The translations under genes and the position numbers were made by a program. Positions 37,135 to 51,700 of a stretch of 64,000 nucleotides of DNA are shown piece by piece. This DNA is from Thalia democratica (Eukaryota), in assembly GCA_965202585.1 (NCBI GenBank), contig OZ241828.1, positions 39,928,001 through 39,992,000 of the forward strand, in the 5' to 3' direction. Numbering within the stretch: the first letter of the stretch is position 1; every line of letters starts with the position of its first letter. The notes beneath the pieces are model-generated. The model was not told the origin of the DNA and searched no databases. It saw nothing but the letters and a program-made list of their open reading frames with translations.

Positions 37135-40058
37135 TTTATAACATTTCTACAAGTTTATATTTTTACATTCTTTTTTTGTTTAAATTTTTTTTATTAAGTT
37201 TTAGAAAAATTATATTTTTTTTAATTAGTAGCTTTATAATTTTGTATTGAAAAAAAAGTTATTACTAATTTTTGTTTCAAAACTATACGTTTTTTTAAAC
37301 AAAACTAACTATGTATACATTTGCTACTCTTTAGCAATATCTCATTAGCCGACATATATTCTCACCAAGGTTTTCCAAACTCATTTTAAAATTTAACACC
37401 TTTTTCAGAAAAATAATATCGCTTGATCACTAGTCACTTACAAACTTCTTTTCTAACTCTCACTAGTCATTGCTCCCTTATTTACACCCATATGTAAGTT
37501 TATATCTAATAATAGTTAATATCATTAGCATTTTAAGCAATATTAAAACATTTTTAAATCAAACTATTTTAGTTTAACAAAATAATGTTTTCAAATATAC
37601 TAAAAGAAACCAAAATCTGAAATACTCTCTAAATAAATTAACTTTAAAAAAAGTTTAATCTATTATAAATATCTGATGCTAAAACCAATAAGTAAATAAT
37701 CAAAGCAAACTATGGTTTTAGTTATTTTGATTGTTAAATATAAATTTTTGCCTATTTTTTTTCAACCGTAAAAAATAAGTTTATAAAAAAGTAAAACAAA
37801 CTTAAAGAAATTACTTTAAAAAAACGATACCCATAAAAAAAAGAGTTAGATAAAAGTATGTTTTTAAATTTACTTTTATTTTTGATTGTTTGAGTTTTGT
37901 ATAAATCTTTTAGTAAAGCGTAGATTTTTGTTGTTGTAGCCTTTGACTTTTAAAAAGTTACTCACTAGATTTTCTGTTTTTAAAATTATAGTAAAAAATG
38001 TTTTTGTAATTTGATACAAAAAAAATATTTCTAAACTTTTTATAACAAACGCTTTTCTAAATTTTATGTTTAGCTTTTTTGCTCCTTATTCTTTAAATGT
38101 CATATTTTAAAAGTCTTCAACGCACTTCAATTTGACTGTTTACACAAGTTTTTAAGTAAATACTCGTAGGGATGTTTTATTGATTGCGAATAAGTTCTAT
38201 TTCTTATTTAAAAAATTTAACAATCATGATGTAGGTTAATTAATTTAGTCTTTAAATTTCTATAACTTTTTAGCCTACATGTCTTAAAAATTGTCTAGTT
38301 GTTTTTTTTCTAGTTATCAGTGTCGACCAGTACTAAGATGCAAAATTGATACTTTACCTTAATTTACAAATACTAAGTATAGCTTTATTTTATCTAGTTT
38401 AAAGTTTAGAATTTAAGTTTAGTATAAATAGTTAAGTAATCTAAAAAAAAAGTTAAGAGTGTTTTAAAAACATTTTGTTTACTTAAAGTTTAAAGTATTT
38501 AAAAATTTAATGAAACCTACGCCTTTTATTTGTATAATGTATGAATTTAAACTGATTAATCATTTCAATAGTTCAGATAATGTAGTAAAAAAAACGGATA
38601 TTATTACCGATTTTATATAAGTTTATATTAAAAAAAAAGACAAATAAATTCTATCTCACGGTTTTATAATGCTTTTATATTAAACTTTTAATATAAATTT
38701 TTAAGGTTATAAAGTTAATAAAAGTTTAATTACGCTTAAAATAAAAATTTGTTCAATTATTTTTTCAAAATGTAACGTATCAAACAAAAGAAAATTATAA
38801 ATAGTTGAAATACATCATCTAAAATTGATCATTATATATGAGAGTTTATGATGGTTTACGGTACCTAGTTTTTTCTACAATCTAAGTTGAAATTGTCACT
38901 TTTCATTAATAAAATAACGAAAATAATATTGTATAAAGAGTCATAAGTTTTAAATAATACTTTTTTTCAGTAGTTGACAGATCGATTAATTAGCGTGTCA
39001 TTTTGTGTTATGCTAATATCTAAATTTTTTTAATTCTTTATGCAGGTAAATTTTTATTAGAGTATTTTACAAATTTAATGCAAAACTTTTACGTAGTAAA
39101 AATACATCACAACTTCATAGTTTGCAATAAAGATGCATATATATATAAGTATATAAAATTTTAAGACATATTATAGTTATAAGTTGTTTGAAATTAAGAA
39201 CTTAACTTGCTATAAAAGTGTTTCAATTGTTTATTACTTTGTTTGAATATTTACATATACACAATATGATTAATATCTGCTTGAGTAATTTTTTGACAGT
39301 TCAAATTTTTAGACGAATTAAGACACTACCAAAAACAAATATTATTTCATATTTGTCTAAATATAAAATTAAAAAACTGGCAAATGAAAACTTTAAGTAA
39401 ATATTTTGACGTTACAATTCTCTTAAAAACTATAAATATAGCTTTTAACTTATAAAGTTTTGTTTTACTGAAACCACTGAATTTCAGACCTCATCTTACT
39501 TATTTTACCTTTATGTTAACTTCTTTAAAATAAGTTTGCTAATACAAAATTTATGTTAACTATGTCATGTACAGAATAAAAACATTTGTTTTATAAGTCA
39601 AAATAAAAAAGTTTATTATAAATTTATATATATTCAAATTAATCACTAAATTGAGTTTTTGAATTTTGTGACGAGTAAAAACTTTGTACTAGCAAAAATT
39701 AAATCTTTCACATTTAAAAAGTTTTGTCACTCTTTTATGGAATTTCTGGTTTTGTTTTTGTATTTTTTTGATCTGAAATATTTTGTTGAGATGTTTTTGT
39801 CAAGTTTTCTTTAGATTTAAAATAATTATTTCTAAAAATCTAATTTCTAACTAAGATTTTAACAAATAAGTGCTTTATAGTTCATTAAAGAAATCTTCAT
39901 AATCATTTAAAAAAAATACATTTGTAAACTTGTTCTATTAATAAGTCGGCAAACTACGGCCCGCGGGCCATAAATACAAGTTTATTTTAATTAATTCGTT
40001 ATAATTTTTTTTTTGAAGAAGTTTTTTTTTTGTGATAACATAAGATATTTACTAGTGG

Positions 40059-40177
40059 TTAAAGTTTGTTGCAAAACTACAGTTTCAAAGTTATAACACT
40101 ACCAGTGATCATCAGACACAACAAATTATAGTGGTAGTCTTACAACTGTAAAACTGTAGTTTAGCAATAAACTTTAA
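40059..40177. repeat. Short hairpin MITE or palindrome, arms of about 46 bp, TTAA at both ends
   Basis: TTAAAGTTTGTTGCAAAACTACAGTTTCAAAGTTATAACACTACCA versus the reverse complement of GTGGTAGTCTTACAACTGTAAAACTGTAGTTTAGCAATAAACTTTAA. Confidence 0.7.
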
Positions 40178-42029
40178 TTATTAGTAAACCGTTTTTATAA
40201 GCTCTTAGAAATTTTAAACTTAGCAAAGTTCTATTAGTTTAAATGAAGTTAATTTGAACATTAATTGCGATAATCTAAACTAACTAATTATGAACATTTC
40301 CATTCAAGGAGTAACCACTAACCTATCTCAATTTTTTATTTTTATGGAAAGCAAAAAGTTATGATTAAGCACATTTATTTTTTTTAAAGTATAAGTATTG
40401 TAGCTTTTTTAAATTATAAACATGTGAATTTAATCAATCATTCACTTATCTAGTTTTCTTTTTAGTTATACATATGTGTGTAGTTTGGTGCTGTAATGGA
40501 TATCTTCCTTTAAAAAAGTAATTATGAAATATAACAAAAGTTTTTTAATAAAAATTTTACTAGATTAAAAGTTGTTGCAAAGTATTTTTTTCTTGTTTGT
40601 TCCTTGCCTTACCCCAACAAGATTAAACTTGTCTTGCATGGTAATAGAGAAAGATTAAAAGATTTTTTGAGTTTGAATTAAGTTTTAAGCCATAAATATT
40701 GAGAAAAATTAAATATTGTACTTATTTTGACTTAAAGGTATAAAAGGGAATTTTGACACCTTGTTGTTAACTATTAAAATTTATTGTACACTTGAGGCAA
40801 AATAAAACGCTTAAACATCGGTCAGGAATATTATTTTACTAAGTTTAAAAATAAAAAAAGTGAGTTAGCGTTTGAAATATATTATAAACAAGTTAAAATT
40901 TTTGTTAATATTCAATATACATACTATAAACTCAGCTTGTAAATTATAAATGTTTTTTTTAAATTAATTTTATTTTTGGATTTTTTAGAATTCTAAAATA
41001 AGTTACTAACGAATGCGTAGAATCGCGAGAGGTTACTGTACTTAAAACTATTGACAAGAGTCTAACAAGTTAAGAATAAAAATAAAAAGTAATTTAGTTT
41101 TGTTAAAACATTCTTTAGAAAAGTTAAATAAAAAACAACGTGAATTTATAAAATATGAATAATTTTGTACAAACAAACAATCTTGAAATCTTATCTATTT
41201 ACTTAAGAATAAAAAAGTTCTAACTCTAAATTCATTTAAATCATGACAAGTTATTACAGTACTCTTTTTTAATTAAATTAAAATGTATTTCTCACTTTAA
41301 ATAAGTCTTAAAAATAGATAATGTTTGAAAAGAATAGAAGCTAAAGCAGTTTCTTACAGTACATTTTTACAGAGCTCCGTTGAAGTGTGTTAACTTGTTA
41401 ATACACAGAAATATATGCTAGTTTAATTAGCAAAGAGTTCTGTTTAAATTTGTTGTTAAAAATTCCAGTCAACTCGCTTCGCTAGGATTTCTGTTATACA
41501 ATTTAATAACTTATAGTTTGAATACTTATAGACTTCAACAAAAACTAAACTCGTCATCATTACAGGTTTTCTTAGAGACTTATTTATTAAGACAATTCAT
41601 CAAAGTTTTGTTTTGGTTAAGCTAAGCAGCTTATATGTTTAATTTTATTTACTAAGATTAACAGATGAAATGTATAACTTTTGTATGGTTAAACATTTTT
41701 GTTTGAATATTTTTACTAACTGATAAAATATTATACTTTAATTTATATTTAATAAATTTATCTACGTTTTGAACTACTACAAATAAAATTCTATGAAAAT
41801 AATAAAAATAAATTTTATTTATTTTTTTTTAGTTTCGTTTTAACGCAATTACATAACAAGTCTATTTAAAACTTTAATTTAATAAATAAATATTCACCTA
41901 TAACACTTTTTTTAAATTTTTTTGTTACAGAAGTTGAAAGTCAATAAAAAAGTATAACAAAAACTTTAGAAAGATTAATAACTGTATTACAACAACTTTA
42001 TCTTAAAATAACAAAACCTTTGTTGCACG

Positions 42030-42160
42030 TCATTGAGTAAACACTACCCAGGTTAAAGTTCACTTAACTCAAGAAGCCTCGAACGAGGGTTATTCCCGAA
42101 CTCAAACCTTCAAGCAAATGCTCACCAATCTACAATAAAAAAGTCACACTCCAATAAAGA
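42030..42160 (-). repeat. Possible degenerate tRNA-derived SINE
   Basis: The minus strand shows an A-box-like TGGTGAGCA followed by a B-box-like GAGTTCG, then a body GCTTCTTGAGTTAAGTGAACTTTAACCTGGGTAG. Weak evidence. Confidence 0.3.
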
Positions 42161-42737
42161 TAATAAAAACAAAATCTCTTGCCCATTTATTCAAAACAAA
42201 ATGAACTAGTAATAAACTACTGAAAGCAAACAATTGAAACTGAATTTGTAGCAAAATATACAGACATTATTTTAATTAAAAAAATTAATAACTACTTATT
42301 GATTTTAGTATAAGTAAATCAGACTAATGGTAAAATACTAAAACGTATGCATAATAGTAGTTTTTTAAATCTTGATTTAAGTTGCAAACTATCAATTTAT
42401 ACTGAAAAAGTCCTTTTCGTTAGTGTGTCATATTTTTGTTTTTTCTTGAATTTTCGGAACTTAAGTGTCATTCTTAATGTGTGTAGGAGTGTGCTTTAAC
42501 TAGCTTTTAAAAATGGAATATCTACAGTAGTGGTTAACACTGTAGATCATCAGATATTGACTTATTTTAAGTACATGCAAATATTTTTTAGAAAAACAAT
42601 TTTGTGTTTTTTTAAACGCTTAAAAATTTGTATCATAAAACATTTGTATTTATATCTTTATGGTAGTATTTTTATTAGTTATACTTTTATTTACCACTTA
42701 TGTTTCTAAACAGTTCTTTAAAAACAGAAATTATACA

Positions 42738-45700
42738 ATGGCTTTAAGAGGAGTAAAAGTTTTAGAACTTGCTGGTTTAGCTCCTTCACCATTTGCAGGT
42801 ATGGTGTTATCTGATTTTGGAGCAAAAGTAGTTAGAGTTGATAGATGTACCCCACTAAATCCTGATGGCCTTGCAAGGTTTATTTATACTATTTAACCTA
42901 TTTTTTTAGGTCTTAAAACAGTCATGATATTTTTTTTATAAATTTATTTTATTTTGATCTTAATATGGTATACACTTAGTTTTTACATTAACTAAATTAA
43001 AAGTGTGTTAATTGTTTTTTATTACAAATAGGGGTAAACAATCTATAGCCCTGGATATCAGAGAAACAAAAGGACAAAGTGTTTTCAAAAAAATGTGCAA
43101 GAAAGCAGATGTTTTAATTGAACCATTTAGACCAGGTTAATTACTTGTTTTTTAAATGCATTTTTGTCGATTACACATATGCTCATTTGTTTATTTTTTT
43201 GTAAATAGAGCAATTGTTTAACAGTGTTTTATTTTTTATTAGGTGTAATGGAAAGGTTAAACCTTGGTCCAGATATTATTTTAAAAGAAAATCCTGCCTT
43301 AATTTACTGCCGAATGAGTGGTTACGGCCAAGAGGGAAGTAATAAACATTTAGCTGGTCATGACATAAACTACATTGCATCCTCAGGTAAAGTTAACACC
43401 ATATAGTTTTTTTTTTCTGTTAAATGTAATAAGTAATGGTTAAGTTTTAAAATCTTGTAAATTGATATTTTGATTTATTTAACTTTCAGTAGTTTTTTAG
43501 GGAACTCCTATTAATATTTAAAAATCATTTTGTAGATTAATACTTAAATTTATTACTAACAATGACAAATTGTAACTTTTAGGGGTCTTAGACATGCTCA
43601 GAATTGGAGGTGAAAAACCTTTTTTTCCAGCTAACCTACTTGCTGATTTTGCAGGTAATTTTTTTTTGTTTTTGTTTATAGCTTTTGAATAATTTGGTTT
43701 TGGTACTAGTTTTAACTGAAAAGTTTAAGCATAAGTAACTCATTAAAAAAAGTTTATTAATTTATTTCATTTAGCGCGTAACCAGAATAAGCTTGCTAAA
43801 AACTGATAAGAATATAGGGTAAATTAAGTTATATACAATAATTTTAAAATTTCTAGCTAAAAATAGCTACGTCATAAAGAATTAAGTGTAAAAGTCTGTT
43901 TAAAAAGTTTAAATTAGAGTTAAGTTATACTTTGCTGATTTGAAGTTATTTATAAGAAAAAACTGTCAAAACAAAAACATATAAGATAGTAGAAATTTTA
44001 CTTGAAACTAAATGTTAATTTTGTCATTTGTTTTGATATATGGTACATTTTGTAAAATGTATTAATTTGAAACTTACACTACATATTCTGAAGTTGATAG
44101 TGAAAAACAAAAAAAGGTCTTAGGGCTATTTAAGAGTATTATTAAAACTTATGCTGGATATTCTGGGTAGTTATAGTAAGTAATTAAGGGTAGTTTTTAA
44201 ACTTACAATAGATTATAGCAAAAAGGAGGCCTAGAGCTGCAAAAAAAGGGGGGAGGTCATAGTTTGAATTTTATACTAGATATCCTAGAGATGATATTAA
44301 AGAGCAAAAATAAGTTTTAAGATATTTAACATTAGTTTTTTGAGAGAGGGGACCATGGCTTTTTTAGTTTCTTCAAAGGAGGCATTATGAAAAAAGTTTT
44401 GAAAACCCTGGTTTAAATGTTCTCTATGTCCTACAAAACTATTGGTCTGTGGTAAATAAGATCTAAACAATAAAGATACTTGAGTGGAAGTATTTTATAG
44501 ATATATATTTATATTTTTTTGCATTCTTAAAACTTAAAAGAAAACAAGAGAATATATTTTTTAGTTACTAATTTTAAAAACAGGTGGTGGACTTATTGCA
44601 GCATTTGGTATTGCTGCAGCTCTTTTTGAAAGAAGTAGTTCAGGAAAGGGGCAAGTTTTAGACATAAATCTGGTTTGTTTAAAATTAGTATGTCCTTATA
44701 ACTCTATATATAAAAAAATATCAAGAAGTAAGCATGTTTTTATAAATTTAATAATAATATTTTTTTAATTTTATTATTGCTTTTTAAGTTTGAATAAAAT
44801 ATATGTTTACTTTAGTTTATAACTATATATCTATCACAAATTCTAAAAACTATTATTAGTAGAATAAACTAGTCATTAAAATCTTCGAATTAAGTCTATT
44901 TAATAAAATTTTATACTTTTGAAAAATTAAAATCTTATAAAGAATAAACAAATAAACTGTATTTTTTTATTTATTTATCATAAAGTTTTAATTTAGAACT
45001 TTTTTAAATTTTGTTTTGACAGAATTTTCTAAATATTCTAAGGAACATTTCCTAAAAGTTTGAGGTAATTGTCTCAAAAAACGTAGGGGGAAATAGATTT
45101 TTAGTGATTTTAGTTATTTGCTGTTTTAGTTTTTGACTCCCATAAGAAACCTATTATAGTCTCCGACTTTGATCAGCTATATCTCAAAAAATATTTTGAG
45201 TTTTATAAATCTGTAAAAAGCAACTTGTAGCTTAGTTAAAACTTAATAAAGTAAGACTAAAATATGAAAAATATTACTTATCCTCCCTTATGCCCTTAAA
45301 TATTTTGTCCTAATTTAGAATACTACACGCTTATTTGGTTGTCATACCTGTAAAAATATACTAAACATTTCAAGTTGTTCAAACATAGTATACCAGTATG
45401 TCTTATACTGCTGCAATGTTTGTAATATGTCTTAAAATTAAAGACTAATAAAACTTGATATTAAATCTCTAGAGGAAAGAAGACTCTGAATGACATTATT
45501 TCTCTTTCAAACTAGTGAATGGTTGGTACTACAAATAGTTTTTAAAGATATTATGATAAAAACTACTTATTTCTTGATGATAATAGATCAATTTAGTGCA
45601 TTTTTTTTAAGTAATGATGTTAGGTATGAATTTTATTTTATTGTTCGATTAACTTAAGGAGTAATGTACCAAATGAATTATTTTCTTTTTTAAAGTTAAA

Positions 45701-48700
45701 CAATATCGTTTAAAGCTTTGAGTAAAACTAATAAGCAAATTGTTTTTTTTTTATCTATAGTTTAGTTCATAAGCAGCAACTTACCTTTTTAATTTCCTTG
45801 GTTTATATGTTTTTATTAGTCTATTTATTTCTAAAGTACTTGAGGCTATAGATTGTAAATTTGATAACTGATTACTTCCAAAAAAAGGTTTTAAAGTTTA
45901 TTTTTACGGGAACCGTTCAGTTCCAACCCGCACACAATTCCCACCCGATCAATTCCAACCCAAATCAAATCCCACCCGATCATTTCCCACCCGATCAAAT
46001 CCAACCCAATTCAAATCCCACCCGATCAAATCCAACCCGAATCAAATCCCACCCGAATCAAATCCCACCCGATCATTTCCCACCCGATCAAATCAAACCC
46101 AATTCAAATCCCACCCGATCAAATCCAACCCAATTCAAATCCCACCCGAATCAAATCCCACCCGATCATTTCCAACCCGATCATTTCCCACCCGAATCAA
46201 ATCCCACCCAATCAAATCCAACCCGAATCAAATCCAACCCAAATCAAATCCCACCCGATCATTTCCCACCCGATCAATTCCCACCAGAATCAAATCCCAC
46301 CCGATCAAATCCAACCCAAATCAAATCCCACCTAAATCAAATCCCACCCTATCATTTCCCACCCGATCATTTCCCATCCGAATCAAATCCCACCCGATCA
46401 TTTCCCACCCGAATCAAATCCCACCCGATCAAATCCAACCCGAATCAAATTCCACCCAAATCAAATCCCACCCGATCATTTCCCACCCGATCATTTCCCA
46501 TCCGAATCAAATCCCACCCGATCAAATCCAACCCGAATCAAATCCCACCCGAATCAAATCCCACCCGATCATTTTCAACCCAAATCTAATCCCACCCCAT
46601 CAAATCCCACCCAAATCAATTCCCATCTACATAATTCCTACTTGTTCAATTCCCAGTAAATTATCAAACCCGATTATATTTATTCTTGTACGAATTAAAA
46701 ATTTCAATACGTTTGGAACTCACATTAAAACTTTTGTTTTTGTAGTTTTTAAAATCATTTGAAATATGAAATTAGTAAGGTAAAAACAATTTTTTTATTT
46801 AATCTAAAATTATTACTGTTGCTTATTTTATCATGTTTTTAGTTTAATGTCATTTTTGTTTGTTGATAACTACGATAATTAAATAATTACGACTTGCGAA
46901 CAACAGAAAGTTTTACTGTTACTTGTAAAATGCTATAATTGTTACTAAATTTAATCCAGATCAGGTTTAAATAATAAATAAGTTCTAAGTATTGGAACCA
47001 TTTTCTATCATGGTAACTAATTTATGTCCAATTATTATTTTTTGTACGAGTTGGAACAATAGACATTGACACTTAATTTTATTTTAGTTAAAACAACAAA
47101 ATAATATAATACTGTACAACATAGTTTTCTTTAATAAGAAGTTTGGAATTTGAAAATTATATTAATGCTTATTTTATTAAAATCTAGACCTAAATTACTT
47201 TTGTTCGTTGATTACTAGATTTTTTTAAGTAATTACGGCCGGCAAGAAATATTGGCCTATCTTTTGTAAAATGCTTTTCCGGCTAATACAATTCAGTCCA
47301 AATCAGGTTCAAAGCAAATTCAAGTTTTTTTAGTATCCGAACTATTTTTTATAACAAAGTATTATACGGTAGCTGGTTTATGTCCTATTAAGTCTACCTT
47401 TGTAACGACTATAGAAATTAATATTGCTCGGCACAATTTTTTTAAGTGCAATTTTTGGAAAATATTCTGTTTTATTAAGCTTAATGTTTCATATTTCTTG
47501 TTTAAAACAATACTTCCTAAGTTTGATTTAACAACAATTTTAAGTATTTGATGCCTGCGGCGCGAATAAGTTATTATAGAAAAATTGGTCTTTTAAAAAA
47601 ATATTTTTGTTATATAAAAAAGTTCTTATTTGGTTGTTATTCAATTTCTTTAAGTCTTAGCTTTTAAACCAACTAAATTAATTGTGTACTATATCTACCT
47701 GAAAATGAGCTTATTTTGATTGTAACTATGAAGTTTTTTTTTTCTAAAACATATGTTTTATTATTTATGTGAAATTAGATGAGTTAAAAAAAAAATTAAA
47801 CAACTAATAAAAACTTACAGTTACACAAAGACTGATGTAAATGTTTAAAATAATACAGGGTAAAATACATTTGTCTTACTGTATAATATAAAATCAAAAT
47901 AATCTAAAATATGTTAAAATGCATATTTATCAATTGTCTTTTATGCTATTTTTAAACACCTCCTAAAAAATATTATAACTTAATATCTACCGCTATAGGT
48001 CTTTTAAAAATTGATTTTTTAACATGTGTGTTAATAGCACTTTCAATAAATTTATCTTCATTAAGAATGTAGTATGAGAATTAACCAATGATTTATAAAT
48101 ATTATTAACCAATTTCAGAAATAAAAGAATTTAATAACGAACAAAAACGAAAACTGACACAGATACTACAATATTTAAGTTATTGGCTCAAATGCCTTAT
48201 ATAAAAATTTATTCAACTGAATCAATCTCACTAAAGAACTTGTACTTTATTTTAATGTTGTGTTCTAAATTTTTAAAATAACTAAAATATCAACATTATT
48301 GGAAATGGAGAGATGTAAATTTGAATATATATTAATAAGCAGACAAATTATCAATAAACTTTGTAAAAAAAAGAATTTCTGAACGAACAAAAACTTATAC
48401 AGATACTAATAAGTTGAAGTTATGGGCTTAAATGCCTCTTATAAAAATTGATTCAACTTGATCATAGCATTAATGATCAAATATTTTTTTTTTAAAGTAT
48501 TACATTTTTAATACAACTAAAATTCTACATTAATAAAAACGAAAAAGTTACTATATATTAAAAATTAAAATAACTATCAGACAACTTTGTAAAGAAAGAA
48601 TTTAAGACAAAAAATAAACGAACACTAATACAGATGATACTTAATTTAGGTTATGTGCAATACCTCTGAGGAATTCCATAACAGTTCTTTGATTGCGCCC

Positions 48701-51700
48701 GGTTACAATTGATTTTAATCTTTCGTCTAGGTTTTTGTATTTTTTCTGTTCTTTTTATGAGGTTCACCCGAGTTCAATCTTTCGATTTGATTGCTTTGAC
48801 TTTTTTGCTCTTTCATTATTTTATTAATACATTTAAACACTCCAGGTTTGGCACACTGCATGACAGCTTTGAACCTTCTGTGCCAACCCTCCACACAATT
48901 GTTAGTCCGAAAGCAGTTTGAAAGCGTTCTTTCATTGACATTCCAAAAGGTACCTACATCTGTAGGTTACAAAATATCCAACTTCTTCAAGTAAGTAGCA
49001 GCTACATCATATATCTGCTCTTTGTTTCGAAAAAATCTAACTACAGTGCTTCCGTAATCCGGCCATATTAGGCAAGCTTTTTTTGAAATTACGGCCGGAT
49101 TAGCCTTTGGCTGGATAAAAACAATATATAGCTTTTTTTAGTGATCTACCTTAATTATATTACGCATGTATACAAAATAAAACGTAAAATAAAACTTCTA
49201 ATAAATTTACTTATTCAATTTTATTCAAAGAACAAAATAATTAAAACAGATTATAAAGTTTGTTTTTAATAAGTATCATTTTTATAAAGTTCAAAATTAA
49301 TAAAAAAAGACTACACTGTTAACAATTTAACTAATTTAAGATTTTTTTCTGACAAAGATAGAAAAGAAGTTTGTTTGACAGAGCTTTCTCGTTTCTTAGC
49401 TGAAAACACACGGATTTGGATGAGTTTCGAAACATCTTCAGGTGTGGATTCTGTTTGGCAACGATAGTAAGCTAAGTAATCATCCATTTTCTGCATAGCT
49501 TCTGTGTGAGAAAATGTACACTCAGAAGGCTGGGAAACATCTATTTTGTCTTTAATACCATCATCAGCCTCTTTTTAGTTATCTCCAGTAATCATTGTAA
49601 AAATTCCTCGCTCGTCCATACGCTCATAGCCAGGTCCATTACAACTCATCCGGTTTTGAATATCATCTTCTGTAAATGTGACATTTAATCTCGCAAATTG
49701 CTGTATAAGCTCGTTATTGGAGTTTATAAATAATTATTATAACTAAGCGCGAACACTATGAAGTAAAACATAAGTTTGGAAGAAATACTAACATTATAAC
49801 TTAAAAATATATTGCTTGCTTCGTTATAAAAAAAAGAATACTTTTTTAGTAAAACTGTGATTTTCGCTAAATTAAATAAGTCTAGTCTTTTTCTTGACTG
49901 AAACCGGCCGGATTAGCAGGAAACCGGATTAGTAATGACTGGATTAGCGAGAAAGTAGTGTATAATAAACTACAGAACGTTCACTTAATTAATATTAGTT
50001 ATATTAGTTCTACTTCAAGACAACAAAACGTATCATGTGTGAATTACGAAAAGTAAATATTAAACTATACATAAATTTTAGTAGTTTGAAAACTACGTAG
50101 TTTTATTATAAACATAAACTGCTTTTAATAAATTATTTATTACCAGTGTTGCAAGAGTTATATTTTTTAAACCACCTAAAAACTAAATACTTAATAAAAG
50201 TTTTTTGATTTGTTTGTTTAATTTAAAATTTAACGCTCAAGCAGTTGATTTAAAAACATAGCATTTTGTTTTAACAAGTATGCTCTTTAAAATTTTGATG
50301 TGTTCTGACCAGTATTAATAATTATCTATCATTACTCTGAAATATTTTATCATATTAACAATTGTTTTATCTATTTTGACTTCAAAACTGATAGTTTTTC
50401 ATACCACTCTTGTAATTGTTAAAATCGTTTTATTCTACTTTTATCTAGTTTTTAAAGCTATTAATAATATGTTACAATATTAAACAATTATTCTTAATTC
50501 TTAATTATATTAAACTATTAGAACTTGAGTTATAGCGTAACCAAGCGAATTTTCTTTAGCAAAGGACTAAGTTTTCGTATTCACTGGTCGCAATATAAAA
50601 TATAAACATGCTCTCGAGCCACACTTTTACAAATATGGGCCACAGTTTGCCGAACCCTTGTGTAAATCATAAAAAAAAGGTATCTCAGTGTAGCAGAGAC
50701 ATTTCTTGGCCTTTTCAAAGGGAGAACTATTTTTTTTAGTTTAAAATGATTCTTCTTCTACCTATAAATAAAAGTTGTCTTTTAAACATATAAGCATCTA
50801 CTCAACTATTAACATATTTGTTAACCATAGTATTTAAATACATAATGTTAAACTATCAATAATGTTTTTCAGTCAAATATCTATATTTTTTTGTGTGTTT
50901 CATAAATAGTTTCTCACTTAATAACCTTGTTAGTTTAGATAAATTTGAAAACTATTTAACTCATTTAATATATCAAATGTTGTTAATATTTCATTATCTA
51001 ATAACAAAACATAAAGAAAAAACAAAATTGATTTAAAATATAAAAGAACAGGAGATAATTGAAGTTAAATGGCAAATTAAAGAACATGTAGTAATGTCAC
51101 TATATATAGAGGTCGTGTTTGAATAGTTTTGTAAAGTCTAGGTCTTTTTTAATGTATAAAAATCAAAACTGAAATAATAATAAAAAACACACGTTATAAA
51201 TATAACATGCTAAAAGATGTGCGTGAATTAGCATGTATAAATTTAATAAACATGCAGTTAGAAGTAAAGTTGCAATATATAGTTGTAAATAACGCATAAG
51301 TTAATGAAATGTCTTGTTTACAAACAAAGTTTCAAAAGTTATTAGCCATTTATGACACAATGAAAAGAAAATAAAGCATTTTCTTATTAGCGCATATCAC
51401 AAAAACAAACCTTTTTTACAATGAAATAAAATGTTTGCATTTTGTTATTGCATTTGGTTTTTAAAGCATTTTTAATACTCGTTGTTTTAACATTTACAAT
51501 TTTCAAAGAAAGCACAAGCGAAACAAGTAAAAGTTTATAAATACACAGCTTTTTTGGTTAATACACGAAACTTTCTTTTTCTCTTTTTCGTCTTTTTTCA
51601 TCGTCGCACAGGCTCCAGGTAACCAGTCTAAACACACCCCTGCAGTTAGGTACAGCTTATTGAAAATGAAAATAATAAAAATTTGTTAAATTAATAATTT

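Noticed and set aside
42660-42737. In-frame upstream ATG adding a hydrophobic 26-aa leader to AMACR
   Set aside because: The hydrophobic codons are simply a T-rich tract ending in acceptor-like CTAAACAG (42711) and AAAACAG (42727). The conserved AMACR start is MALRG at 42738. It is more likely intron or outron sequence; 5' RACE would settle it.
45861-46589. 242-aa Pro/Asn/Gln-rich ORF
   Set aside because: It is a translation of the 15-bp terminal array of the foldback transposon inside AMACR intron 5; the unit length is a multiple of 3 and lacks stops. Not a gene.
45915-46670. CRISPR-like array
   Set aside because: The units are contiguous degenerate 15-mers with no unique spacers, the context is eukaryotic, and there are no cas genes. 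The same applies to the arrays at 4445, 6175, 7307, 23695, 26565 and 52000.
49415-49445. CTGAAGA...GAAAC on the minus strand resembling a hammerhead core
   Set aside because: No stem II can form between the motifs, and the bases are codons of the Tigger transposase remnant.
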